Positions 29,355-39,808 of a DNA stretch of 64,000 bases are shown one piece after another. The translations under genes and the position numbers were made by a program. A model generated the notes under the pieces. The model did not search any database and was not told where the DNA came from. It was given only the letters and a program-made list of their open reading frames with translations. Source of the DNA: Alphaproteobacteria bacterium (lineage in GTDB: Bacteria; Pseudomonadota; Alphaproteobacteria; CAAHEQ01; UBA3637); NCBI GenBank assembly GCA_015062395.1, contig SUUS01000001.1, positions 65,429 through 129,428 on the forward strand, in the 5' to 3' direction. Position 1 is the stretch's first letter, and each line of letters opens with the position of its first letter.

Positions 29355-30449
29355 TTATTCACCGACATACATACCTAAACCACGAGCGACACGAACCATC
29401 TCGCCATTAGGATCAACAGGTGTATTTGCGATTTTCAACACATTGTTTAATGCCATATCTGATACCTTTCCATCGCGACAGACAACGACTCGATTAGTTA
29501 ATCCTTGTTCCAATAAATTTACAGCATGAACACCAAAAGAAGACGCCAAAATTCTATCTTGCGCATCTGGAGAACCTCCTCGTTGAACATGACCTAAAAT
29601 AGTTGCACGAACATTGAATTTATCTGGTTCAGTTGCTAAACGTTCTGCAAAATAAGCTGAAACACCAGCAAAAGTTCTGCCATTTGAAGAATATACAAGT
29701 TTTCCTTCTGGATTCTTAATCCCTTCGGCAACAACCATCAAAGCATGTCTTCGTCCAGCTTTGCGTAATGCACGCAATTTTTCTACAACACCTTCATATG
29801 TATAGGGAACTTCTGGTATCAAACAAATATCTGCCATTCCTGCGATTGCGCCTTCCAAAGCTAAATGACCTGCTCCACGTCCCATAACTTCCAAAATCAT
29901 AATACGTTCGTGAGAATGGGCTGTTGTATCTACTTCATCTAACGCCTTCATTACAATATCACGCGCTGTTGAAAAACCAATAGCTTCTTCTGTTGCTGGA
30001 GCGTCATTATCAATCGTTTTAGGAATACCAACCATTTTAACGCCTGCTTGCTTACAATAGTTGCTAACAATAGCCATACTGCCATCTCCACCAATAACAA
30101 CCAAAGCATCCAAGCCCAATTCCTTAACCCCATCATGGAAACGTTGAATAATTTGCTCATTAGTCAATTCTTCAATAGTTCCATCTGCACGACGCAAGAT
30201 GTTTGGATTTCCAGAATTATTTGTTCCCAACATTGTTCCTCCAATTTTGGCATAAGGAAAATTAAAATCTGCCATAGTCAATTTTCTATAACGCATTGGA
30301 CGAACAATTAAACCATCTGTTGCATTTTCGATTGCAAAAACTTCCCAACCTTTTGAAATTGCCGAAGATGTCACAGCCCAAATAGCCGTGTTTAAACCAG
30401 AACAATCGCCTCCACTTGTCAAGACGCCGATTCTTTTTATTGTTTCCAT
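29355..30449 (-). CDS. pfkA: 6-phosphofructokinase (PfkA family; ATP versus PPi donor unresolved)
   Basis: GVLTSGGDCSGLNTAI, VIGGDGS and GIPKTIDND. Confidence 0.88.
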   Translation of the reverse strand: METIKRIGVLTSGGDCSGLNTAIWAVTSSAISKGWEVFAIENATDGLIVRPMRYRKLTMADFNFPYAKIGGTMLGTNNSGNPNILRRADGTIEELTNEQIIQRFHDGVKELGLDALVVIGGDGSMAIVSNYCKQAGVKMVGIPKTIDNDAPATEEAIGFSTARDIVMKALDEVDTTAHSHERIMILEVMGRGAGHLALEGAIAGMADICLIPEVPYTYEGVVEKLRALRKAGRRHALMVVAEGIKNPEGKLVYSSNGRTFAGVSAYFAERLATEPDKFNVRATILGHVQRGGSPDAQDRILASSFGVHAVNLLEQGLTNRVVVCRDGKVSDMALNNVLKIANTPVDPNGEMVRVARGLGMYVGE

Positions 30450-30532
30450 AATATCCTCTCTTTTATTAAATTATTGAATAGCAATTTTATACCTGCTTTT
30501 TTATTTTTTTTCCAGTAAAATTTTATAATTTT

Positions 30533-33019
30533 CTACTTTTTATTTTTTTCTTTAATCAAATCAACAGCTTGTTGTAAAGTCGGTTTAATATCTAAACCTT
30601 TCAATTCTTTAGGTAAAGCTATATTCAGTTTTTCCCACTTTAAGTAAGGTCCATACTTTCCAACAATCCATAAGATGGGTTTTCCCTCATAATCGCCTAA
30701 AGAAATTCCTTCATCCTTTGCTTTATTTTTTCCATTTTCTAATAAAATTAATGCTCTTTGCAAGTCAATTTTTAACACATCATCTGCTGTCGTCAAAGAT
30801 TGAAATACTTTTCCAGATTTTACATAAGGACCAAATCGTCCGATAGAAGTTTCTACATCTTCTTGAGTTTGAGGATTCTTTCCAAGTAATCTTGGTAAAG
30901 ATAACAATCCTTTTGCTTGTTCTAATGTCAAATCATCTGAAGACAGATTTTTAGGGACGGAAATACGTTTAGCCTCTTTTCCCTCACCTAATTGGACATA
31001 CCAACCATATGGTCCTTTTTTTACAAAAACATTCAATCCTGTTTTTTCATCGATACCTAATATGCGATTATTATCTTGAACTTCTACTGTGGTATTTTCC
31101 TCTCCGTCTTCATCTGTTGAAGAAGTTGAAAATTGACGGGTATATTTACATTCTGGATAGTTTGAACAGCCAATAAATGCTCCAAAACGCCCTACTTTTA
31201 AAGATAAAGTACCTTTTTGACATTCAGGACAAATTCGACTTTCTTCTGTTGGAAACAAATGTTTTTCCAACGCTGCATCAACCTTTTGTAATACATCAGC
31301 CGTTTTAAATGGAGAAACCTGCTGAACTGTAGCATAAAAGTTTTTCCAAAATTCAGATAATACATTTTTCCATTGTGCATCGCCAGAAGTAATATCGTCA
31401 AGCAAGCTTTCTAACTTTGCCGTAAAGTCATATTGAACATATTGATTAAAATAATTTTCCAAAAAAGCTGTGACAACTCGTCCTCTGTCTTCTGGAATAA
31501 ATCGTTTTTTATTTAAAACGACATAAGCTCTGTCCTGAAGAACTGACAAAATGGATGCATACGTTGAAGGTCTTCCAATCCCCAATTCTTCCATTTTTTT
31601 GACCAAACTTGCTTCTGAATATCTAGGTGGTGGTTCGGTAAAATGTTGCTCTGTCGTTGCTTCTAATAAAGCAAGAGCATCTCCTTTATTCATCAGTGGC
31701 AACAACGCAGAATCTTCTTCTTTTTCATCATCAACATCTTCTTTATACACCTTAATAAATCCTGCAAAAGCGATTGTTTGTCCCGTTGCATGCAACATTA
31801 AAGAAGAATCTGAACTTGGAATATCTACAGAAACCTTATCTAGCAAAGCACTTTCCATTTGACAAGCCAAAGCACGTTTCCAAATCAGTTCATATAAACG
31901 CAATTGATCTTTGTCCAAAAACGCTGAAACAGATTGAGGTGTCCTGTTTATATTAGTTGGTCGGATAGCCTCATGCGCTTCTTGCGCATTTTTTACCTTA
32001 TTTTTATAAATCCGTGGTTTTTCAGGTAAAAAATCCTTTCCATATTCTTTTTCAATAAAAACACGCATTGCATCCACTGCTTCCTGAGCCAAAGTAACAC
32101 CATCTGTTCGCATATAAGTAATTAAACCAACGCGTTCGCCATTTATTTCAACACCTTCATAAAGTTCTTGAGCTGTTTTCATTGTTTTTTTAGCTGCAAA
32201 ATTCAATTTACGAGATGCTTCTTGCTGTAATGTTGAAGTTGTAAAAGCTGGAGCTGGATTTCGTTTTACTTGTTTTTTTTCAATTTCACCAACCGAAAAA
32301 ACAGAAGACAAAACTTTGGCCTTCATTGCTGATGCTTGTTCTTCATTTACAATAGCAAACTTATCTAACTTTTTGCCATCGACATGCGTCAAGGAAGTCT
32401 TAAAAACATCTTTATTTAGTGTTTCCATTTGTGCAGATAAAGACCAATACTCTTGCTTTTTAAAGGCTTCTATTTCACTTTCTCGCTCACAAACTAAACG
32501 CAAAGCAACGGATTGAACTCGACCTGCTGATTTACTGCCTGGAAGTTTTCGCCACAAAACAGGTGATAAAGTAAAACCAACCAAATAATCCAATGCGCGT
32601 CTAGCTAAATAAGCATTAACTAAATTCATGTCTATTTCGCGAGGATTTTTCATAGCCTCTAAAACTGCTGTTTTTGTAATTTCATTAAAAACGACCCGAT
32701 GAACAGGAACTTTTAATTTTTTTCTACGAGTTAATTCTTGTACGATATGCCATGAAATAGCCTCTCCTTCTCTATCTGGGTCAGATGCAAGATAAACTTC
32801 TTCAGCCTTTTGTAAAGCATTTACAATATCTTTTACGTGTTTTTCTGATTTGCTTTCAACAGCCCACGTCATTTCAAAATCTTTGTCAGGTAAAACAGAA
32901 CCATCTTTAGCTGGTAAATCTCGAATATGACCAAAACTGGCCAACACCTGATAATCTTTTCCCAAATACTTATTAATTGTTTTTGCTTTTGCTGGAGATT
33001 CCACAATAACTAACTTCAA
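30533..33019 (-). CDS. topA: DNA topoisomerase I
   Basis: Toprim MKLVIVESPAKAKTI, catalytic-Tyr region ITYMRTD, and C-terminal zinc ribbons (CPECQKG...CSNYPEC). Confidence 0.95.
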   Translation of the reverse strand: MKLVIVESPAKAKTINKYLGKDYQVLASFGHIRDLPAKDGSVLPDKDFEMTWAVESKSEKHVKDIVNALQKAEEVYLASDPDREGEAISWHIVQELTRRKKLKVPVHRVVFNEITKTAVLEAMKNPREIDMNLVNAYLARRALDYLVGFTLSPVLWRKLPGSKSAGRVQSVALRLVCERESEIEAFKKQEYWSLSAQMETLNKDVFKTSLTHVDGKKLDKFAIVNEEQASAMKAKVLSSVFSVGEIEKKQVKRNPAPAFTTSTLQQEASRKLNFAAKKTMKTAQELYEGVEINGERVGLITYMRTDGVTLAQEAVDAMRVFIEKEYGKDFLPEKPRIYKNKVKNAQEAHEAIRPTNINRTPQSVSAFLDKDQLRLYELIWKRALACQMESALLDKVSVDIPSSDSSLMLHATGQTIAFAGFIKVYKEDVDDEKEEDSALLPLMNKGDALALLEATTEQHFTEPPPRYSEASLVKKMEELGIGRPSTYASILSVLQDRAYVVLNKKRFIPEDRGRVVTAFLENYFNQYVQYDFTAKLESLLDDITSGDAQWKNVLSEFWKNFYATVQQVSPFKTADVLQKVDAALEKHLFPTEESRICPECQKGTLSLKVGRFGAFIGCSNYPECKYTRQFSTSSTDEDGEENTTVEVQDNNRILGIDEKTGLNVFVKKGPYGWYVQLGEGKEAKRISVPKNLSSDDLTLEQAKGLLSLPRLLGKNPQTQEDVETSIGRFGPYVKSGKVFQSLTTADDVLKIDLQRALILLENGKNKAKDEGISLGDYEGKPILWIVGKYGPYLKWEKLNIALPKELKGLDIKPTLQQAVDLIKEKNKK

Positions 33020-33029
33020 TTTTTCACCC

Positions 33030-34214
33030 CTAATCTTCCATCCAATCTAAATTTTCACTTAATACATGAGACGTTCCATCATAAACTAAAGAAACTCTTC
33101 CATTTGCATGCCTTTGCAGTCGTCCTGATAACTCTAATTCTAACAAAACAGCGCCAACAATCATTACAGGCATATCTAATTGACGACTTAATTCATCTTC
33201 TGATACAGGATTTGCAGACAATTCGCGTTCAATTAATTGTCTGGCAGATTTTATTTGTTCTTCATCTGGCAAACAATACGTAGTCCTTTCTTCAACCTGT
33301 TCACATAAAGAAAAATCGTTTTTATTTGCATTTAAATCAGAAATTGCATTTAAAATATCCTTTGAACTTTCTATAAATACAGCACCTGATTTCAATAATG
33401 CATTTGGAACAGCGCTTCTGTCATCTAATGGAGAGCCTGGAACTGCCATAACCAAACGACCTTGTTCTTTTGCAAATTCGGCTGTAATTAAAGAACCCGA
33501 CTTTTCTTTTGCCTCCACTACCAGTGTAGCCAAAGACAAACCAGAAATCAAGCGATTTCGTCTGGGAAAATTCGATGCAGATGGACGTGTTTGTAAAGAA
33601 AATTCACTAACCAGCAATCCATTTTCTTTTATTTGATTATAAATATCCTGATTTTCAACAGGATAAACAACATCGATTCCACATCCTAAAACTGCAATAG
33701 TTCCAGCATTTAAACTTTTAGCAGATAAAGCGCCTTCATGCGCAGCCCCATCGATTCCCAAAGCCATTCCAGAAATAACATTTATATTTGCTTGAACACA
33801 ATCAAAAGCAAGTCTTCTTGTTAAATTTTTACCATTTAACGAAGCATTTCTTGCTCCGACAAAAGCAACTCCATCTGTTTGTAATAATCTTTTATTTCCT
33901 AAAATAGTTAAAACAGGGGGGGCACTTTTTATTCTTCGAAGCTGTTCTGGATAATCTTCTTCACAAGAAAAAATTATCCGAGCGCCCAGCTTTTCTGTAT
34001 TTTCTATTTCCTCCAAAGCCATTTTTTCAGAACAGATTTTAATCGTTTTTTTTGAATTGTTTTTATTCAACCAATGAGGTAAGTCATTTAACACATCAGA
34101 TGGTTTTTCATAAAAACGCATCAATGCTTCAAAAGTTGCAGGTCCGATATTTTCACTTCGTATCAAACGCAACCAAGCTAATTTTTCTTGTTCTGAAAGC
34201 TTTGTTAAATTCAT
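33030..34214 (-). CDS. dprA: DNA-processing protein DprA
   Basis: VGARNAS...ISGMALGIDGAAHEGAL...SPLDDRS. Confidence 0.88.
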   Translation of the reverse strand: MNLTKLSEQEKLAWLRLIRSENIGPATFEALMRFYEKPSDVLNDLPHWLNKNNSKKTIKICSEKMALEEIENTEKLGARIIFSCEEDYPEQLRRIKSAPPVLTILGNKRLLQTDGVAFVGARNASLNGKNLTRRLAFDCVQANINVISGMALGIDGAAHEGALSAKSLNAGTIAVLGCGIDVVYPVENQDIYNQIKENGLLVSEFSLQTRPSASNFPRRNRLISGLSLATLVVEAKEKSGSLITAEFAKEQGRLVMAVPGSPLDDRSAVPNALLKSGAVFIESSKDILNAISDLNANKNDFSLCEQVEERTTYCLPDEEQIKSARQLIERELSANPVSEDELSRQLDMPVMIVGAVLLELELSGRLQRHANGRVSLVYDGTSHVLSENLDWMED

Positions 34215-34816
34215 TATTTTTTCTTCTTAAAATTAATTTTTGTTTCTTCCCCACGCAATAATCTTTCGATATTTGCACGATGTCTAACGATAGAAAGAAT
34301 CGCTAAAAACGCATAAGCCAAAACATAAGCTTCTTTATTTGCATCAACCAAAAAATATGCATAAAAAGGCGATAACGTCAATGCCGTTAATGCAGATAAG
34401 GAAGAATATCTAAAAACAAAAGCCATAAAAAGCCACGTTAAGCAAGATAAAAGACCGACCAAAGGATTTGTCGCTAACATCATACCTAATGTTGAAGCAA
34501 CGCCCTTTCCCCCTTTGAAATTCAACCAAATTGGAAAGTTATGACCTATAACACCAGCTAAACCGGCAAATAATCCAGCCATAGGATTAAAAATCCATGA
34601 AGCTAACAAAGCCGCAAAACCAGCTTTACCAGCATCTAAAATCAGTGTCAATATGGTTAAATCCTTACGTTTTGTTATTCGCAAAACATTTGTTGTTCCG
34701 ATATTTCCAGAACCTTGTTTTCTAATATCCCCAAAACCAGCTAAATAAGCTATAACCAAGCCAAAAGGAATTGAACCTAAAAAATAACCACATAAAAGAC
34801 TTATCAGATAAGACAT
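34214..34816 (-). CDS. plsY: Glycerol-3-phosphate acyltransferase PlsY
   Basis: GYFLGSIPFG...GSGNIGTTNVLR...HNFPIWLNFKGGKGVAS. Confidence 0.9.
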   Translation of the reverse strand: MSYLISLLCGYFLGSIPFGLVIAYLAGFGDIRKQGSGNIGTTNVLRITKRKDLTILTLILDAGKAGFAALLASWIFNPMAGLFAGLAGVIGHNFPIWLNFKGGKGVASTLGMMLATNPLVGLLSCLTWLFMAFVFRYSSLSALTALTLSPFYAYFLVDANKEAYVLAYAFLAILSIVRHRANIERLLRGEETKINFKKKK

Positions 34817-34884
34817 ATTAAAACTCCTCTATAAATTTCATCATTATTGAAGGTTATACATAACTTTCAAATCAAATTCAAGTA

Positions 34885-34914
34885 AAAAATTAAAGGGGAG
34901 AAAAAACTCCCCCC
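34885..34914 (-). terminator. Rho-independent terminator after proS
   Basis: GGGGAG (34895-34900) pairs with CTCCCC (34907-34912). On the minus strand it is followed by a T-rich tract. Confidence 0.6.
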
Positions 34915-34918
34915 TTTT

Positions 34919-36637
34919 TTATTGATATTTTTTCATTTCTTCTTCAATCCATTTTTGGGTAAAAGATACAACTTGCTCTAATGGAAGCGTTCCTTTTTCA
35001 TCCGTACCACGAATTTTATATTCGACCATTCCGTTTGCCAAGGCTTTTGGTGCAACAATCAAACGTAAAGGAATTCCCATCAAATCAGCTTCTGCAAATT
35101 GAGGACCTGCACCCAAATTACGATCGTCGTATAAAACTTCAATGCCCAGATTTTCCAATTCAGAATAAAGTTTTTCTGCAGTTTCCCGAACGCCTTCTTT
35201 ATCCATTTGAAGAGCATTTATTTGAACTTGCCATGGGGAAATTGACAAAGGCCATATTGGACCATAATCATCGTGACTAGCTTCAATAACTGATGCCAAC
35301 GTTCTGCCAACACCGATACCATAACATCCCATAATCGGTGTTTGTTCATCGCCATTTTCATCGGTATAGGTCAAGTTCATTGCTTTACTGTAGCGAACAC
35401 CTAACTGGAAAATGTTTCCAACTTCAATACCTCGAACCATTTTTAAAGGAGCACCACATTTAGGGCATTTTTCCCCTTCTTGAACACAGGCGATATCTGC
35501 TATAATAGCGTTTGGAACATCTCTTGATAAATTAAAGTTGTACATATGATAATCAGTTTTATTTGCTCCACACAACAAATTTGCAGTATTGGCAACAGAA
35601 TTATCTACGACTTGGATACAATCGTGCAAACCGATACCACTTGCAAAACCAGGAACAGCCCCTATAGATTCGATTTGCTCATCATTTGCAAATTGGAATG
35701 TTTCTTTTAAAACTTTTGCTAATTTACATTCGTTTACTTCTATATCGCCACGGATAGTCACTGCAACCATTTTTCCACTATCTGTGATATAAAATACCAT
35801 TTTGGCAGTTTGTTCTGGGTGTAAATTAAGTAAAGCACAAACATCTTCAATTGTTTTTACATTTGGCGTATGAACTTCTTGCAAAGGTTTAGGCTCTTCA
35901 TTATTGTATTTGAGCTGACCAGAAGATGCAACTTCTTCGTTTGCAACATAATCGCATTTAGAACACTTTGCGATTTTATCTTCACCAGCGTCACAAATTA
36001 AATCGTATTCATGTGAAACCTTTCCCCCCATCATGCCATTATCTCCTTCAATAGCGACAACTTGAGGGATACCACAACGGGCATAAATACGCGCATAAGC
36101 ATCTGCACAACGGGCATAGTATTGATTTAAATCTTCTTGCGTTCTGTGGAAAGAATAAGCATCCTTCATTGTAAATTCACGAACACGAACCAATCCACCA
36201 CGAGAACGAGCCTCATCACGGAACTTTGTCTGAATTTGATACAGCATAAACGGATATTCTTTATATGAAGTAATCTCACTTCTAGCAATAGCAACACACG
36301 CTTCTTCATGCGTCATTGCTAACAACATTCCATGTTTATTTCTGTCTTGAAAACGCAACAATTCAGATTGAACAGAATCATATCGACCCGTTTCGTCCCA
36401 TAATTCCCTGGGCAAAACAACAGGCATTTTGATTTCTTGTCCTTCAATCGCGTCCATTTCTTGACGAACAATGTTTTCAATTTTTTGAGAAATACGAAAA
36501 GCTGGTGGCAACATCGAATATATACCGTTCGCGACGGGTCGGATATATGCACCACGTAATAAATAAATGTGGCTGATAAGTTGCGCTTCTGTCGGTTTTT
36601 CCTTATAGCGACGACCAATTAATTTGCTATTTCTCAT
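34919..36637 (-). CDS. proS: Prolyl-tRNA synthetase, bacterial type with full INS (YbaK-like) editing domain
   Basis: 572 aa. Class II motifs (FRDEARSRGGLVRVREFTMKDAYSF; GCYGIGVGR). An inserted domain of about 180 aa lies between motifs 2 and 3 (…VFYITDSGKMVAVTIRGDIEVNECKL…). Confidence 0.93.
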   Translation of the reverse strand: MRNSKLIGRRYKEKPTEAQLISHIYLLRGAYIRPVANGIYSMLPPAFRISQKIENIVRQEMDAIEGQEIKMPVVLPRELWDETGRYDSVQSELLRFQDRNKHGMLLAMTHEEACVAIARSEITSYKEYPFMLYQIQTKFRDEARSRGGLVRVREFTMKDAYSFHRTQEDLNQYYARCADAYARIYARCGIPQVVAIEGDNGMMGGKVSHEYDLICDAGEDKIAKCSKCDYVANEEVASSGQLKYNNEEPKPLQEVHTPNVKTIEDVCALLNLHPEQTAKMVFYITDSGKMVAVTIRGDIEVNECKLAKVLKETFQFANDEQIESIGAVPGFASGIGLHDCIQVVDNSVANTANLLCGANKTDYHMYNFNLSRDVPNAIIADIACVQEGEKCPKCGAPLKMVRGIEVGNIFQLGVRYSKAMNLTYTDENGDEQTPIMGCYGIGVGRTLASVIEASHDDYGPIWPLSISPWQVQINALQMDKEGVRETAEKLYSELENLGIEVLYDDRNLGAGPQFAEADLMGIPLRLIVAPKALANGMVEYKIRGTDEKGTLPLEQVVSFTQKWIEEEMKKYQ

Positions 36638-36756
36638 ATTAAAATCCTTTCATAAATGTTTTAGGTGTGCAGAATACATAAAACTTAATAAGATTTCAAG
36701 AGAAAAGTTATTGATTTTTTAATAAATATCGTTTATCGTACAAAACGGAGTTAGAA

Positions 36757-36948
36757 ATGGAAGAACGTTTAAACGATATTGAAATAGCACTAACGAATTT
36801 AGAAAAGACTGTCGATGAAATGAATACCGAATTGATTCGTCAAGCAAAGATTATTGAAAAACTAGAACGTGAAAATAAAGCTTTAAAAGAAACTATCGGA
36901 GGGAATGTTAAACCTTTATCAGAAGAAACACCTCCTCCACATTACTAA
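36757..36948 (+). CDS. slyX: SlyX-family coiled-coil protein
   Basis: 63 aa. RLNDIEIALTNLEKTVDEMNTELIRQAKIIEKLERENKAL ending …PPPHY is a typical SlyX layout. Confidence 0.6.
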   Translation: MEERLNDIEIALTNLEKTVDEMNTELIRQAKIIEKLERENKALKETIGGNVKPLSEETPPPHY

Positions 36949-36963
36949 TAAGGAGAAACACAT

Positions 36964-37950
36964 ATGATTATCGTCACTGGTGGCGCTGGATTTATCGGTT
37001 CAAACATTGTTGCTGGATTAGAAGAAAAAGGATACAAAGACATTGTTGTTGTTGATTGGCTTGGAAATGAAGATAAATGGAAAAACATCGCCAAAAGAAA
37101 CTTATCAGCTATTGTTTCTCCTGAAGATTTAGACGTTTTTTTGGAAAATAACCACAATCAAATTTCAGCAATTATTCATATGGGAGCTATCTCTACAACC
37201 ACCGAAAAAGACGTCGATTTAATTAAAGCGTCAAACATAGATTTAACTTGGAAACTTTGGTGTTTTTGCCGAGATTTTAAAAAGCAATTTATATTTGCAT
37301 CTTCTGCAGCAACTTATGGAAGTGGAGAAAACGGCTTTAATGACAATGACGGCTTGGAATATCTTAATTCATTGCGACCATTGAACCCATATGGTTGGAG
37401 TAAAGCTTTTATTGACAGAAAAATTGCTTTTGAATTATCTGAAAAACGCCCTACGCCACCTCAATTTGTCGGTTTAAAGTTTTTCAACGTTTATGGACCA
37501 AACGAATACCATAAAGGAGGACAAAAAAGCGTTGTCGCACATATTTTTCCTCTTGTTCAAAAAAATGAAGAAGTCTTGCTGTTTAAATCATATCATCCAG
37601 ATTATAAAGATGGTTGGCAATTACGGGACTTTGTGTGGATAGAAGACATTGTCAATGTTATCATTTGGATGCTAGAACACAAATCTGTCAGTGGCTTATT
37701 CAACGTTGGTTCTGGGGAAGCGCGTTCTTTCTATGATTTAGCAGCATCTACTTGGATTGCTATGGGAAAAGAGCCTAAAATTGGTTTTAAAGACATGCCT
37801 GAAGAGTTAAAAGGTAAATACCAATACTACACAAAAGCAAATATAGATAAATTAAGAAGTATAGGCTATACAGCGCCTATGACAAAATTGGAAGATGGCA
37901 TTCGTCAATACGTACAAAATTACTTAAACAAGGAAGATTCATACAGATGA
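36964..37950 (+). CDS. hldD: ADP-L-glycero-D-manno-heptose 6-epimerase
   Basis: MIIVTGGAGFIGSN, ASSAATYG and YGWSK: an SDR epimerase with an HldD-like N-terminus. Confidence 0.85.
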   Translation: MIIVTGGAGFIGSNIVAGLEEKGYKDIVVVDWLGNEDKWKNIAKRNLSAIVSPEDLDVFLENNHNQISAIIHMGAISTTTEKDVDLIKASNIDLTWKLWCFCRDFKKQFIFASSAATYGSGENGFNDNDGLEYLNSLRPLNPYGWSKAFIDRKIAFELSEKRPTPPQFVGLKFFNVYGPNEYHKGGQKSVVAHIFPLVQKNEEVLLFKSYHPDYKDGWQLRDFVWIEDIVNVIIWMLEHKSVSGLFNVGSGEARSFYDLAASTWIAMGKEPKIGFKDMPEELKGKYQYYTKANIDKLRSIGYTAPMTKLEDGIRQYVQNYLNKEDSYR

Positions 37951-39713
37951 TATTTAAAAAAATTAAAGAAAAATTTAAATCGCTTAATTTTATTCAAAAC
38001 TATCGAAAAATATATCCGTATGTGAAACCGTATAAGACGCGTGCGATCCTTGCATTACTGATAACTTTGCCCATTGGATCTATGGATGCAGTTATTGCAT
38101 GGGTTTTAAAACCTTACATGGATACTGTTATGATAGAAAAAAGCGTTCAAGCAACATCTTTAATCCCGATACTAATTATTTTATTTAGCTTGCTACAAAG
38201 TTTACTAAATTACGGAGCGACATATTTAAATACTTGGGTTGGAAATCGTATTACGATGGATTTAAAGATGACGCTTTTTAAAAAGATGATGCGTAAAGAT
38301 CCTGCCTTTTTTGACAAAACAAATTCTGGAGAAATTTTATTTCGTTTCAACAACGACGCAGATACGGCTTGTTCTGGTTTATTAAGTAATTTAAAATTAT
38401 TTTCTACTCGTTTATTTTCTTCAATATCTTTAATTTTTGTCTTGTTTTATAACTCTTGGCAACTAGCTATAATTGCTTTAATCGTTTTATTTGGAGCCTT
38501 ATATCCCCTATCAACGGTAAGAAAAAGAATCAAAGATTTAATGAGTAAAAACGTTGTTTCTGCGTCTGCTATATTAACGCATTATAACGAAGCTTTTTCA
38601 GGAAATAGAGTAGTTGCTTCCTTTAATTTATACGATTATCAAAATAAAAGATTCAAAGAAACGCTACGTCAAATGTTTAAAATTGTTATGAAAATGACAA
38701 AAAAAACAGGGTTATTAACGCCTATGATGCATTTTATTATCTCTATCGGAATTGCAGGCGTTATTTGGTTGGGAAGTTATCTTATTATGAATAATCAATT
38801 ATCGCCAGGTGGTTTTGTTTCATTTATAACAGCTTTATTGATGTTGTATCATCCTATCAAATCGATTGGAACAAACTTTACAAATGTACAATTTTCATTC
38901 ATGGCAATGGAAAGAATTTTTGCTATATTAGAACAAAAAACAACATTAACGACACCTCCGAATGCAAAAATTTTAACATCGGTTGAAAATGTTATTGAAT
39001 TTAAAAATGTCACATTTGGGTACACACCGAATAAACCAGTATTAAAAGATATAAACATAACAGTAAACAAAGGACAAACCATTGCATTAGTTGGTAATTC
39101 TGGAGGTGGAAAATCGACTTTGGTCAGTTTATTGACACGTTTCTATGATATTCAAAATGGTTCGATTGAAATAGATGGAACAAATATTCGAAATTTGAAT
39201 TTAGATTCACTGCGTTCGCAAATAGCTTTTGTTTTCCAAGACAACATTTTATTTGCAGGAACGATTCGAGAAAATATATTGCTTGGAAACAAAAACGCCA
39301 GCGAAACAGAATTAAAAGAAGCAGTAAAAAATGCCTGTTTAGATGAATTTATTGCCTCTTTGCCTTTGGGACTGGATACACGCATTGGAGAAAGGGGAAC
39401 GACTTTATCAGGAGGTCAACGTCAACGCATTGCTATTGCAAGAGCTTTTATAAAAAACGCACCTATTGTAGTTTTGGATGAAGCAACGTCTGCGTTAGAT
39501 AACAAGTCCGAAGGAATCGTACAACAGGCAATCTATAATTTAATGAACGATAGAACAGTATTTATCATAGCACACAGACTATCAACTGTCAGAAATGCAG
39601 ATAAAATAGCCGTTATCAATCATGGCGTTTTAGCCGAAATTGGAACTCATGATGAATTAATTGCTAAAGAAAATTCAATTTATGCATCGTTATATCAAAC
39701 TCAACTTAAATAA
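37947..39713 (+). CDS. msbA: ABC transporter permease/ATPase, MsbA-like lipid exporter
   Basis: Six-TM N-terminal half. Walker A GNSGGGKST, signature LSGGQRQR, Walker B VVLDEATSALD. 4-nt overlap with hldD. Confidence 0.75.
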   Translation: MIFKKIKEKFKSLNFIQNYRKIYPYVKPYKTRAILALLITLPIGSMDAVIAWVLKPYMDTVMIEKSVQATSLIPILIILFSLLQSLLNYGATYLNTWVGNRITMDLKMTLFKKMMRKDPAFFDKTNSGEILFRFNNDADTACSGLLSNLKLFSTRLFSSISLIFVLFYNSWQLAIIALIVLFGALYPLSTVRKRIKDLMSKNVVSASAILTHYNEAFSGNRVVASFNLYDYQNKRFKETLRQMFKIVMKMTKKTGLLTPMMHFIISIGIAGVIWLGSYLIMNNQLSPGGFVSFITALLMLYHPIKSIGTNFTNVQFSFMAMERIFAILEQKTTLTTPPNAKILTSVENVIEFKNVTFGYTPNKPVLKDINITVNKGQTIALVGNSGGGKSTLVSLLTRFYDIQNGSIEIDGTNIRNLNLDSLRSQIAFVFQDNILFAGTIRENILLGNKNASETELKEAVKNACLDEFIASLPLGLDTRIGERGTTLSGGQRQRIAIARAFIKNAPIVVLDEATSALDNKSEGIVQQAIYNLMNDRTVFIIAHRLSTVRNADKIAVINHGVLAEIGTHDELIAKENSIYASLYQTQLK

Positions 39714-39808
39714 TTTTTTTTATAGTTGACAAACTGTTTTAAAATAGTATTCTAACATTATACAGATTTAGGTATGAATCTGCATTGAACAACAAAAAGG
39801 AGATTATA

